Source: Candidatus Hydrogenedentota bacterium (GTDB lineage Bacteria; Hydrogenedentota; Hydrogenedentia; Hydrogenedentales; SLHB01). From it: a stretch of 64,000 nucleotides of DNA. Below the pieces are notes generated by a model. It saw nothing but the letters and a program-made list of their open reading frames with translations, had not been told where the DNA came from and did not search any database. Location: the NCBI GenBank assembly GCA_963668025.2, contig CAXXTH010000017.1:224001-288000 (forward strand), in the 5' to 3' direction. The translations under genes were made by a program, and so were the position numbers. This document shows, piece after piece, positions 29,506 through 38,002 of this stretch. Position 1 is the first letter of the stretch. The number at the start of each line of letters is the position of its first letter.

Positions 29506-29530
29506 GGGATCACCCCCAGGGCTTACGCAT

Positions 29531-30688
29531 CTAAATTCCCAGTAAACGTAGAAGGTATTCGGGGTCGAGTGCAGCAGCGAAGCGCTTGCCCCTGAGGAAA
29601 TCTTTGTTGGTCTTGTCTTTCTTGAGGAGGTTGAGTGTAATTCTCCTCAAGGAGGCGAGATTCTGGGCGGCGTTTCTTGTTCGGGCGCGGTTGTCGTCTT
29701 CGCGAAAGATAATGTCTAGGCACCAGTGCAAATTGTTTTCCACGCCCCAGTGTCCACGCACGGCGTGGGCGAATCGTCGTGCGTCGAGGGGCAGGCTGCT
29801 CAAGTAGTAGCGCCGCTCGATGGTGTTCTTCCCTTTTTCCTTGCGGATGGACTCGACCATGCCGAAACTCTTGAGGCCCTTCCAAAGTCCTTTGTCCTCG
29901 AACCAGCCCAAGTCGGTGGATTGCCAGTATCGGCGGGTTTCGATGCGGCCATGCCCCTTGTCGATGGTCTGGTGGAAATCCATCCGTGTGGCGTCGGCTG
30001 TTGGCGCGCACTGGGTGGCGCAAGGGGGAACGGCGTCCTTGAAAAAGGCCTTCACTTCTTCTAGGGCGGTGGCGTGGTTGCCTTTGAGGGCCAGCACGTA
30101 GTCGGCCTGCCGTTGGATAATGTGGGAGGCGATATCCTTCTGGCAGCCCATGGCGTCCAGGGTGACGATGGCTCCCTTGAGCTTTAAGGCGTTGAGGAGT
30201 TTGGGGACGGCGGTGATTTCGTTGGATTTCTCGTCCACCTTGACCTGCCCCAGCGCCAGGCCGTGCTCGCAAGCCCATGCGCTGACGATGTAGGGGATGG
30301 CCTCCCCCTGATTCAAGGCGCGCCGCAGGGCTTTGCCGTCAATGGCGGCGACCTCATCGCTTAGATTGGGGCAAATGCCCTGCACCCATTGGCCGAAGCA
30401 TTCCAGAAAGGCATGGGGGTCGAGGGCGGAAAAGACCCGGTTGAAGGTGTCGTGCGAGGGGATGCCGCCGGGCAATTCCAGGAAGCCCTTCAGCCAATCC
30501 TCCCGGAGCCAGCCGAAGCGCTCCATATCCGAAAAGCTCTCTCCGCCCACGAGGGCTGAGCATAGCCCAATCACCAAGATGTCAATGAAGTTGTGCCTGC
30601 GGGTTCGGTCCATGCGGGGATCGGGCAGGCCCGCGAAACACTCGATGATAGGCTTGGGCTTGGGCAGGGATTTCTTTTCAGCGGTCAT
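29531..30688 (-). CDS. ISAs1-family transposase
   Basis: Same as copy 1 except GRLRE>GWLRE and SLLLD>SLPLD. Confidence 0.97.
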   Translation of the reverse strand: MTAEKKSLPKPKPIIECFAGLPDPRMDRTRRHNFIDILVIGLCSALVGGESFSDMERFGWLREDWLKGFLELPGGIPSHDTFNRVFSALDPHAFLECFGQWVQGICPNLSDEVAAIDGKALRRALNQGEAIPYIVSAWACEHGLALGQVKVDEKSNEITAVPKLLNALKLKGAIVTLDAMGCQKDIASHIIQRQADYVLALKGNHATALEEVKAFFKDAVPPCATQCAPTADATRMDFHQTIDKGHGRIETRRYWQSTDLGWFEDKGLWKGLKSFGMVESIRKEKGKNTIERRYYLSSLPLDARRFAHAVRGHWGVENNLHWCLDIIFREDDNRARTRNAAQNLASLRRITLNLLKKDKTNKDFLRGKRFAAALDPEYLLRLLGI

Positions 30689-30759
30689 GGGGTGCTCCTT
30701 TCATTCATGCGCCGAAGCACTGTTGACTCTAGTATATAGAATTCTATATATTAAAATCC

Positions 30760-31059
30760 ATGAAGCACACCAAAAAGATGCAAGCATTGCTGGAGCGCAT
30801 GGCGCAGATTGAGCGGATGGAGCGCGGAAAGCTCTGTCAAATGGGCGGGCGTCCCCACTTTAACCACCAGAGCTGGGAGAACGAGAAGAACGTGGTTCGC
30901 TATGTGCCGGCGCGCGAAACCGAGTTCCTAAAAGAGGCCATCAATGGCTACCAGGCTTTCATGAAGCTGGCTGAACGCTACGTGGACGAAGTCGTCAAGC
31001 AAACCCGCCGTGAGCGCGCAAAGACCTTCCCCCAAGCGAAAAATCCCAGGCCACGTTGA
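30760..31059 (+). CDS. IS-internal DUF6788-like protein
   Basis: Identical to 12855..13154. TTGACT at 30723, TATATT at 30747, ATG at 30760. Confidence 0.7.
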   Translation: MKHTKKMQALLERMAQIERMERGKLCQMGGRPHFNHQSWENEKNVVRYVPARETEFLKEAINGYQAFMKLAERYVDEVVKQTRRERAKTFPQAKNPRPR

Positions 31060-31175
31060 CAGAAAAAATCATGCACAACAGGATAAATCGACTCTTGAGC
31101 ACTATTAGATGCGTAAGCCCTGGGATTCAAGAGATGATGCTTCACTTTGCTTCGTTTATTGCTTATACTGCACGT

Positions 31176-32156
31176 ATGGATACTTTGCAAATACTACGCC
31201 AAACGCTTGCCGCGGAGCGGGAAGCCATAGAAATCATCGAGCAAAAAGTAGGCGGGGAGGCGGTTCGCGCCGTCGAGTTGTTTTTGCAATGCCAAGGCCA
31301 TGTGGTCATCACCGGCATTGGGAAAACGGGCTTGATAGGCCGCAAAATCGCCGCCACGCTAACGAGCACCGGAACGCCAGCCGTTTTTCTGCATGCGGCG
31401 GAAGCGATTCACGGCGACCTGGGCGTTATCGGCGAGCGGGACGTCATAGTCGTGTTATCCAATAGCGGCGAGTCCGGTGAAATCGTTGCATTACTTCCGC
31501 ATTTACGGAGTTTTGGCGTGCCGATTATCGCCATGACGGGGCACACCGAGTCGACGCTGGCGCGCCAGAGCGATGTGGTGCTGGATGTGGGCGTGCCGAG
31601 CGAGGCGGGGCCTTTGGGCATGGCGCCGACCACCAGCACTACGGCAGCCCTTGCCATGGGTGACGCCCTTGCCATGGCGGCCAAGATCCTCCGGGGATTT
31701 AGCAAAGCCGCCTATGGCCGGTTTCATCCTGGCGGCAGCCTGGGCCGGGCGCTGTTGCGTGTCCGCGATCTCATGCATTCAGGCGGGGCGGTTCCTTTGG
31801 TGCAGCCGGATATGCCATTGCGGGAAGCCATTGTCGTTATGTCAGCCAAACGGCTTGGAGCCGTTTTTGTTGCGGACGACGGCGGGCCTCTGCTAGGGAT
31901 TATCACCGACGGCGATCTGCGCCGGATTTTGCAGCGTGAGGCCGACCCCTTAAACCAATGCGTCTCGGAAGTTATGGTAAGCCAGCCGCAAACCGTTCTA
32001 GAAGAATCCTTTGCGAAAGATGCCTTGGACCTGATGGAATCACGCAGCATCACCATTTTGCCGGTAGTTAACACTGCGGACGAGCCTATCGCGGCGCTGC
32101 ATATGCATGATCTCGTGCGCGCGGGCTTAGCCACATGGACCGATCTGGGCGACTAA
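31176..32156 (+). CDS. kdsD: Arabinose-5-phosphate isomerase (KpsF/GutQ; SIS + 2 CBS)
   Basis: TGIGKTG.IGRKIAATLTSTGTPA.FLH, HGDLG, APTTST, FHPGGSLG, GIITDGDLRR. Confidence 0.93.
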   Translation: MDTLQILRQTLAAEREAIEIIEQKVGGEAVRAVELFLQCQGHVVITGIGKTGLIGRKIAATLTSTGTPAVFLHAAEAIHGDLGVIGERDVIVVLSNSGESGEIVALLPHLRSFGVPIIAMTGHTESTLARQSDVVLDVGVPSEAGPLGMAPTTSTTAALAMGDALAMAAKILRGFSKAAYGRFHPGGSLGRALLRVRDLMHSGGAVPLVQPDMPLREAIVVMSAKRLGAVFVADDGGPLLGIITDGDLRRILQREADPLNQCVSEVMVSQPQTVLEESFAKDALDLMESRSITILPVVNTADEPIAALHMHDLVRAGLATWTDLGD

Positions 32157-32189
32157 ACGATAATATAGAAACGAAGGAAGTGTCTTGAC

Positions 32190-32963
32190 ATGAAAAAACT
32201 GCTCTTTATTGCCGGGCCATGTGTCATCGAAGACAAGGATATGGCGTTCGCCATCGCCCAGCGGCTGCGCGATATCACCGCCCGCCATGACGTGGATTTC
32301 GTTTTCAAAGCCAGTTTTGATAAGGCCAACCGCACTTCCGTGGGCGCGTTCCGTGGGCCGGGCCTCAAAGAGGGCCTGCGTATTTTGGGCGATATACGTG
32401 AACGGCTAGGCGTCCGCGTGCTCAGCGACATCCATACCCCCGAGCAGGCCGCTCCTGCTGGCGAAGTGCTGGATATGCTCCAGATACCCGCCTTTTTGTG
32501 CCGCCAGACCGATCTGCTGGTGGCGGCAGGGAACACCGGCAAGCCCATTAACGTGAAAAAAGCCCAATTCATGGCCCCGGAGGATATGCAATACGCCGCG
32601 GCGAAGGTGGCGAGCACCGGCAACACGCAGATATATCTCTGTGAACGCGGTGCGACGTTCGGCTACAACAATTTGGTGGTGGATTTCCGCTCGTTCAGCA
32701 TCATGGCGGGCCTCGGATACCCGGTCATCTTCGACGCCACGCATTCGGTGCAGATTCCCTCACAAGGCGGGAAATCCTCTGGCAGGCGGGAATTCGTCTT
32801 GCCATTGGTGCGCGCCGCCGCCGCATACGGCATCGACGGCCTATTCTGCGAAGCACACCCCGAACCGGATAAGGCCAAGTCGGATGCGGCGAATTGCCTG
32901 CCTCTGGACAGTATCGATGGAATGCTCGAGCAAGTGCTGCGCATCCGGGCGTGCCTGGCGTAA
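32190..32963 (+). CDS. kdsA: KDO 8-phosphate synthase
   Basis: IAGPCVIE, KASFDKANRTS, QIPAFLCRQTDL, ERG.TFGYNNLVVD, FDATHSVQ. Confidence 0.97.
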   Translation: MKKLLFIAGPCVIEDKDMAFAIAQRLRDITARHDVDFVFKASFDKANRTSVGAFRGPGLKEGLRILGDIRERLGVRVLSDIHTPEQAAPAGEVLDMLQIPAFLCRQTDLLVAAGNTGKPINVKKAQFMAPEDMQYAAAKVASTGNTQIYLCERGATFGYNNLVVDFRSFSIMAGLGYPVIFDATHSVQIPSQGGKSSGRREFVLPLVRAAAAYGIDGLFCEAHPEPDKAKSDAANCLPLDSIDGMLEQVLRIRACLA

Positions 32964-32966
32964 GCG

Positions 32967-34070
32967 TTAGCGTTGTGGGGTGATTCGTTCCACGAACTCG
33001 AATCCCCAAAACGACCGCAGGCTGATGCGGAGCCGGTTGGGCTTGGGCGGCAGTTTGGTCCAGGCGGAAGGCTTTACGTTCAAGCCAAAGGCATCCAGTA
33101 CGCGTAGCCAGAATTCGGGCGTGGCGAAGGGATTCTCCATCGGCACAAACCGGCCTACATCTTGTCCTACACTATCCGGCTCCACAAAGAGGAATGGATA
33201 CGTGTGCAAATGATGGCCTGCCTTGCCCAGCGCCCGCGCCTCAATGGAGGTGCTGGAAGAGATGCTATACACCGCTTCGACATTTTCATGGGACATCAGA
33301 TAATAGAAATTCTCGTTGCGCACCGAACAGCGCGGCGAAAGGCTGCGCAAGACGGCGATATCGTTCGAATCCGGCAGGTTGGGATGCGGCTTGATGATCA
33401 GGTGGTCCACCTGCCGCAGCGCATCCTCCAGCGGGCCGGTAAAATCTTCCATGGAGAGAAAGCGGCCCTTGTGCATTAAGACGCGATCCCGGTCGTATTG
33501 CAGGGCGGCGATAGCGGTTTTGCCTTCGAGCGGCAGCCGGGGCAGGCGGTTCATGGCGGCCATTACCAAACCCGCCGCCACGGGGATGACATCGGGCGGC
33601 AGCATGAACGCGCGCAAGCGCTCATATGCGCCTGCGTGGCTGGTTTGCGCGCCGATAAACAAGTCATCCGCGAAACGAATCGGATGCAGGATAAAGTCCA
33701 GGTATGGAATATCCAAGGCGTCCATGGCACGCTTCATCACGGGCGGCAGCTCGAATCCAATCACCAGCGCATGCCGCAGGTGCAGCCAGCAGTATTGCAA
33801 GAGCGTCTCGGGGAGCGTGTCCGGGTCATACACGTGCGCCCACCCATCGAATCCTATGCGCTCGCCCATCGATTGGTATAGGCCCATGGCAAGGCTGCCG
33901 GTTTCCCGGGAAAAATCGATGCGGGTAACATCTAGCCCAGTGGCGAGTTGAACAGGCTGGCGCACGACGTGATGAAGCCAATGGATGCCCACATTGCGCC
34001 AGTTGTCCCGTGCGGAACGCGGGCGCAAGATGTCGCCGGTGATGATGACTTTTTTCACGGGGCGTGGCAT
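32967..34070 (-). CDS. Capsule-synthesis-like protein (KpsS/KpsC or GT99-like Kdo transferase candidate), paralog A
   Basis: GFELPP, HPIRF.DDL, LQ...D, IKPHP, YSISSSTSIEARALGK. Confidence 0.6.
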   Translation of the reverse strand: MPRPVKKVIITGDILRPRSARDNWRNVGIHWLHHVVRQPVQLATGLDVTRIDFSRETGSLAMGLYQSMGERIGFDGWAHVYDPDTLPETLLQYCWLHLRHALVIGFELPPVMKRAMDALDIPYLDFILHPIRFADDLFIGAQTSHAGAYERLRAFMLPPDVIPVAAGLVMAAMNRLPRLPLEGKTAIAALQYDRDRVLMHKGRFLSMEDFTGPLEDALRQVDHLIIKPHPNLPDSNDIAVLRSLSPRCSVRNENFYYLMSHENVEAVYSISSSTSIEARALGKAGHHLHTYPFLFVEPDSVGQDVGRFVPMENPFATPEFWLRVLDAFGLNVKPSAWTKLPPKPNRLRISLRSFWGFEFVERITPQR

Positions 34071-34078
34071 GTAAGGCC

Positions 34079-35206
34079 TTATCCTGTCGTGTGCGGAACC
34101 GAGCCATGGGAGAAGAGGGAATCCACAAATCGGTATTCCCCATCCATCCCGAGGCTGATGCGCGCCCGGTTCGGCTTGGGAGCGAACAAGTATCCGGTAT
34201 AAGGGGAAACAGTTAAACCCATGGCCCCCAGCGTTGTACGCCAGAAATCGGGCTCGTAAAAGATAAAGGGGATGGGCAGATAGGCGGCGCCATCATCTTG
34301 CGCGTCCGGGTTGTCCATAAAACGGAAGGGATATGCCTCGATGTGGACGCCTTGTTTCCCGAAGTAAGGCGCTTCGACGCATGCGCTTGATGTAATGCTG
34401 TATACGGCTTCGACTGCTTCGTGCGACAGCAGATAGTAGAAATTCTCGTTGCATACGGTGCAGCGCGGCTCGATGCTCGCGAGGCGGTCCGCTTCGGGCG
34501 CGTGCGGGTCCATGGGATGCGGCTTCACTAGCACGGCGTCATACGCCTGCATGATCTGGGCGAATGGCTCCGCATAATCAGCAAAAGATGCGAACGCGCC
34601 CTGGCGGATAAGCGTTCTTTCATGTACTGGCTGCAGGGCCGCAACGGCGGTCCTCCCTTTCAAGGGCAGACGGGGCAGGCGGCTCATGGCGGCTTGCACC
34701 CACCCGGCGGATAGGGCGATTTGCTCGATGGATATTCTTTCGCCGCCTATCGCGCTGAACGCTTCCGCTGAACTGCATCGGAATCCGAAAAGCAGGTCAT
34801 CGAGAAAACGCGCCGGATGCATGATGAACTCGATGTATGGGATGTCGAGCTGCTCGAAAGCATGGCGCATGAGGGGCGGCAGTTCGAAGCCCACCACTAG
34901 GCTTCCGCGAAACTGTTTCTCTAAATGCGCCAGCAACGCATCTGGCGGCTCCATCGCATATAGGCGCGCCCAGGAATCGATGTGCAATGGCAGGCCGAGC
35001 AGCTCATACACCGTTTGGGTGAACGAACCAGGCGATAGGTCAAATTCGAGCTTGTGGACTTCTAGATGCGCCGCGAGAGCGATGGGGCGCTGGATTAACG
35101 CATGCAGCCAGCGGGCATCTTTATTGCTTCCAGCATCGCCTCCGCAGGGAGGCTGGAATACATCCGCCATGGCGTAGGCGCGTTGTATGGATTTCGGCAT
35201 TTCCAC
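34079..35206 (-). CDS. Capsule-synthesis-like protein, paralog B
   Basis: Same motifs: GFELPP, HPARFLDDL, VKPHP, NENFYYL.SHE.VEAVYSITSS..VEA.YFGK. Confidence 0.6.
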   Translation of the reverse strand: MEMPKSIQRAYAMADVFQPPCGGDAGSNKDARWLHALIQRPIALAAHLEVHKLEFDLSPGSFTQTVYELLGLPLHIDSWARLYAMEPPDALLAHLEKQFRGSLVVGFELPPLMRHAFEQLDIPYIEFIMHPARFLDDLLFGFRCSSAEAFSAIGGERISIEQIALSAGWVQAAMSRLPRLPLKGRTAVAALQPVHERTLIRQGAFASFADYAEPFAQIMQAYDAVLVKPHPMDPHAPEADRLASIEPRCTVCNENFYYLLSHEAVEAVYSITSSACVEAPYFGKQGVHIEAYPFRFMDNPDAQDDGAAYLPIPFIFYEPDFWRTTLGAMGLTVSPYTGYLFAPKPNRARISLGMDGEYRFVDSLFSHGSVPHTTG

Positions 35207-35221
35207 GGAATCTCCGCTCGT

Positions 35222-35974
35222 TCAAGGAGCTGGTTCGGACGCCACCTCGGGGAAGATGGATATATGGGATACTTTGACGCCTAAAAGCCGGCTGTCTCGC
35301 GAATCTCTGAGTTCAGAGGGGCGTACGGTTTTCGGCGCAATCAGATCCAGCGTGAGAAAAGGCGCGGCGCATTCTTCAGCCAGGATGAACGAACCGCTGA
35401 ACACGTGCTTGTATTGTTGCTTCTGGCATGCCAGCGCGCATTCCAGATCATTCACATATAAGCGAAGTCCATCCGCCAGGCCAGGGGAAGCCTCGCCTAT
35501 CGTGGTGAATTCCACGGCATATGCCCCCTGGGGAAGCGGCGGCAGTACGAGCGAGGACACTCGGGCCGGGCCTGTCCACCTGCCTTCTTGTTCCGCATGA
35601 TGCCATCCCGTGCCCACAATGGGATTGCGCAGATTCAGCGATATAATCTGGCGGTTTGCGCCACAGAGAGCAGCGTTTGAGGCCTGCGCGCTTAAAGGAA
35701 AAGGAGGGCCCGCCACATGCGCGGAAGAGGTGGATACTGAAATCGCATAAAGCTGGGCACGCAATTCCGCCAGCAACTGGACCGTGGCTTTTATATCTAG
35801 CCCATTGACGCCATCTTTTTCCCGGACAATTTGCGCATACGCCAGGCGTTCGTATTCGGACAGCAATGCGGCGTATTCGGATGAGTCCAATTTATGGGGG
35901 GGCAATGCGGATGGCCTTTCCGGTAAAGAACAGCCATCGGTTTTACTTGGGCTGGTTGTTTCTTCAGAAGCCAC
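35222..35974 (-). CDS. Hypothetical protein with C-terminal beta-sandwich domain seen in polysaccharide loci
   Basis: GTGWH..E..GRWTG and D.R.LGV motifs. GTG start after AAGGAG. Confidence 0.55.
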   Translation of the reverse strand: MASEETTSPSKTDGCSLPERPSALPPHKLDSSEYAALLSEYERLAYAQIVREKDGVNGLDIKATVQLLAELRAQLYAISVSTSSAHVAGPPFPLSAQASNAALCGANRQIISLNLRNPIVGTGWHHAEQEGRWTGPARVSSLVLPPLPQGAYAVEFTTIGEASPGLADGLRLYVNDLECALACQKQQYKHVFSGSFILAEECAAPFLTLDLIAPKTVRPSELRDSRDSRLLGVKVSHISIFPEVASEPAP

Positions 35975-36113
35975 TATGCGCTCCTTGTTATGCCAGATAG
36001 AGCGGCCTTTTTGCCGCCGCTGGAACTTGGAAAAGCAGAGCGAGGGCAAGCCCTCGCTCTGTTGTCATATTGGGTATTGTAATGCAGATGCGGCCTGCGC
36101 CGCCATCAAAACC

Positions 36114-37406
36114 TTAGCGGCGGCGGAACAGTCCGCGGCCTCGATGGCGGGGCGCATGCTTGGATTTTTGCTTATCCAGTTCATGTTCATGGAAAAGCGA
36201 CAACACCGGCACGGCCCCATCCCATTCCGTGCGGGGCAAATTGCGGCCTAACGCCTTTTCGATGGACTCGAGAGGCACGGCATCCTGCGGCGAAACGAAG
36301 GTGATCGCGTCTCCTTCCGTGTTGGCGCGGGCCGTACGACCGATGCGGTGAATGTAATCATCGGAATTCACCGGGATATCGAAGTTGATGACATGGCTGA
36401 TGCCATCCACATCGAGTCCTCGCGCCGCTACATCCGTCGCCACCAATATGGGGTATTTCCCGCTGCGGAACCCATCAAGGGCTTGCTGGCGTTGCTTTTG
36501 CGAACGGTCGCCGTGGATGGCCTGGGCCTTGAATCCCGCATGGTGCAGCGCTTTCGCGACGCGCTCCGTGCGGCTCTTGGTTCGCATGAACACCAGGGCC
36601 GAGGTAAAGGCGTTTTCTTCCAACAGCTTGACCAGCAGTTCATTTTTCTTATCCGCTTGGACGGTGTAGAGCACTTGCCGGACCATATCCACCGGTTTGG
36701 CGATGGAGCCTACTTCGATGCGTTCCGGGTCGTGAAGCATATCCTGGGCTAAGCGTTCGATTTCCGTGGGGAATGTCGCCGAATACATGAGGGTCTGGCG
36801 GCTCTCGGGGATGTCGTGCATGATCTTGCGGATATCCGGCAGGAAACCCATATCCAGCATGCGGTCCGCTTCGTCAAGGACCAGAATCTCCGTCTGCTTA
36901 AACGCGACGTTTCCACGGCCCATATGATCGAGCAAACGGCCTGGCGTGGCCACAATGACGTTGCAGCCCCGGCGTAACGCCCGCGCCTGCTGTTCCAGCC
37001 CCACGCCGCCGTAAATGCAGATGCTTCGGACGCCAAGCGCACGCCCGATCTCTTCAAACACCGAGTTGACTTGCAGTGCCAGTTCACGCGTCGGGACAAG
37101 CACCAGCATGGCGTTCCTCCCTTTGCGGCCCGCCGCGAGGCGAGTGAGAGCAGGCAAGACAAACGCAAGAGTCTTTCCCGTTCCCGTTTGTGCGATGCCA
37201 ACCACATCGCGGCCCTCGAGGGCCAGCGGAATAGTTTGCGCCTGCACGGGAGTAGGTACAGTGATTTTCTTTTTGCGCAGCACGCTCATGCAGCGCGGGT
37301 CGAGTTCGAATTGTTCAAAGGTAATCTCAGGCGCAGGTTCGCCGTTTGATTCAGCGGCGATGACTTCATCTTCTTGTTCTTGGACTAATGGTTTCTTTGG
37401 TTTCAT
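36114..37406 (-). CDS. DEAD-box RNA helicase (RhlE-like)
   Basis: PTPVQ, AQTGTGKT, PTRELA, TPGRL, DEAD, SAT, HRIGRT.R. Confidence 0.96.
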   Translation of the reverse strand: MKPKKPLVQEQEDEVIAAESNGEPAPEITFEQFELDPRCMSVLRKKKITVPTPVQAQTIPLALEGRDVVGIAQTGTGKTLAFVLPALTRLAAGRKGRNAMLVLVPTRELALQVNSVFEEIGRALGVRSICIYGGVGLEQQARALRRGCNVIVATPGRLLDHMGRGNVAFKQTEILVLDEADRMLDMGFLPDIRKIMHDIPESRQTLMYSATFPTEIERLAQDMLHDPERIEVGSIAKPVDMVRQVLYTVQADKKNELLVKLLEENAFTSALVFMRTKSRTERVAKALHHAGFKAQAIHGDRSQKQRQQALDGFRSGKYPILVATDVAARGLDVDGISHVINFDIPVNSDDYIHRIGRTARANTEGDAITFVSPQDAVPLESIEKALGRNLPRTEWDGAVPVLSLFHEHELDKQKSKHAPRHRGRGLFRRR

Positions 37407-37652
37407 TGTGTTTGGTTATCTCGATTTTCCATAAAAATATGGTGAGGCGCTATCGCAATGCCACGCGGAGGAAGCAGATCGTGGAGGCCGGCGCCCGGAT
37501 GGCCAAGCGTTCAAGGTTACATCACCCTGTGCTCTTTCCATTTATCATCCTATGAGATTATAATGCCTTACCCCAAAATAGTCAAATGGGCCTAAAGTAG
37601 CCGAATGTGGCGCTTGCCCCACCGCTCAAGGAATACGCTTATATAGTCCAGG

Positions 37653-37668
37653 CATAACTATTTGATAT
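37653..37668. promoter_or_regulatory. IHF-like site
   Basis: cataactatttgatat contains YAANNNNTTGATW. An identical 16-mer is at 53718-53733. Confidence 0.5.
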
Positions 37669-37703
37669 GCAATAGTTCACCTTCTTGGTGAAGCTGAGTC
37701 ATG

Positions 37704-37838
37704 TTCAACGCAGAGGCGCGGAGAACGCAACGTATCGCAGAGAATCCACTGTTCTCTATTCACGAATATGCGAATAAATGGTTCGAGAGTATTTTTCCTA
37801 CTTTGCGGATCTCTGCGTTCTCCGCGCCTTGCGTTGAA
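37704..37838. repeat. Inverted pair of 9-mer tandem repeats (acgcagagg/cgcggagaa)
   Basis: ttcaacgcagaggcgcggagaacgca ... tgcgttctccgcgccttgcgttgaa. Confidence 0.75.
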
Positions 37839-38002
37839 AATGACCGTCAATATCAAGTTGTAAAAATATCAACTATAATACAACAATCTTATCCGGCGAG
37901 TTGAGGACTCCGTGAAGGCTGGTATTGGCAATAGGCTGCGGATTTATGCCAGAATGAAGCGAATCTTGAGGCTGGTTTTATCCATCAAAGGAGGGCGTAC
38001 AC

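Larger units (their letters stand above)
29517..31122 (-). mobile_element. ISAs1-family insertion sequence, copy 2 (inverted, no target duplication)
   Basis: Same 18-bp inverted repeats and 1606-bp length as copy 1. Flanks ggatcacccc and ggattcaaga differ. Confidence 0.95.

Noticed and set aside
12792-31122. Inversion or composite transposon between the two inverted ISAs1 copies
   Set aside because: Copy 1 keeps its own perfect target duplication, the outer flanks do not match, and the interval holds ribosomal protein genes.
31056-31175. KdsD N-terminal extension from inside the IS
   Set aside because: It reads through the IS end. KdsD similarity starts near 31176.
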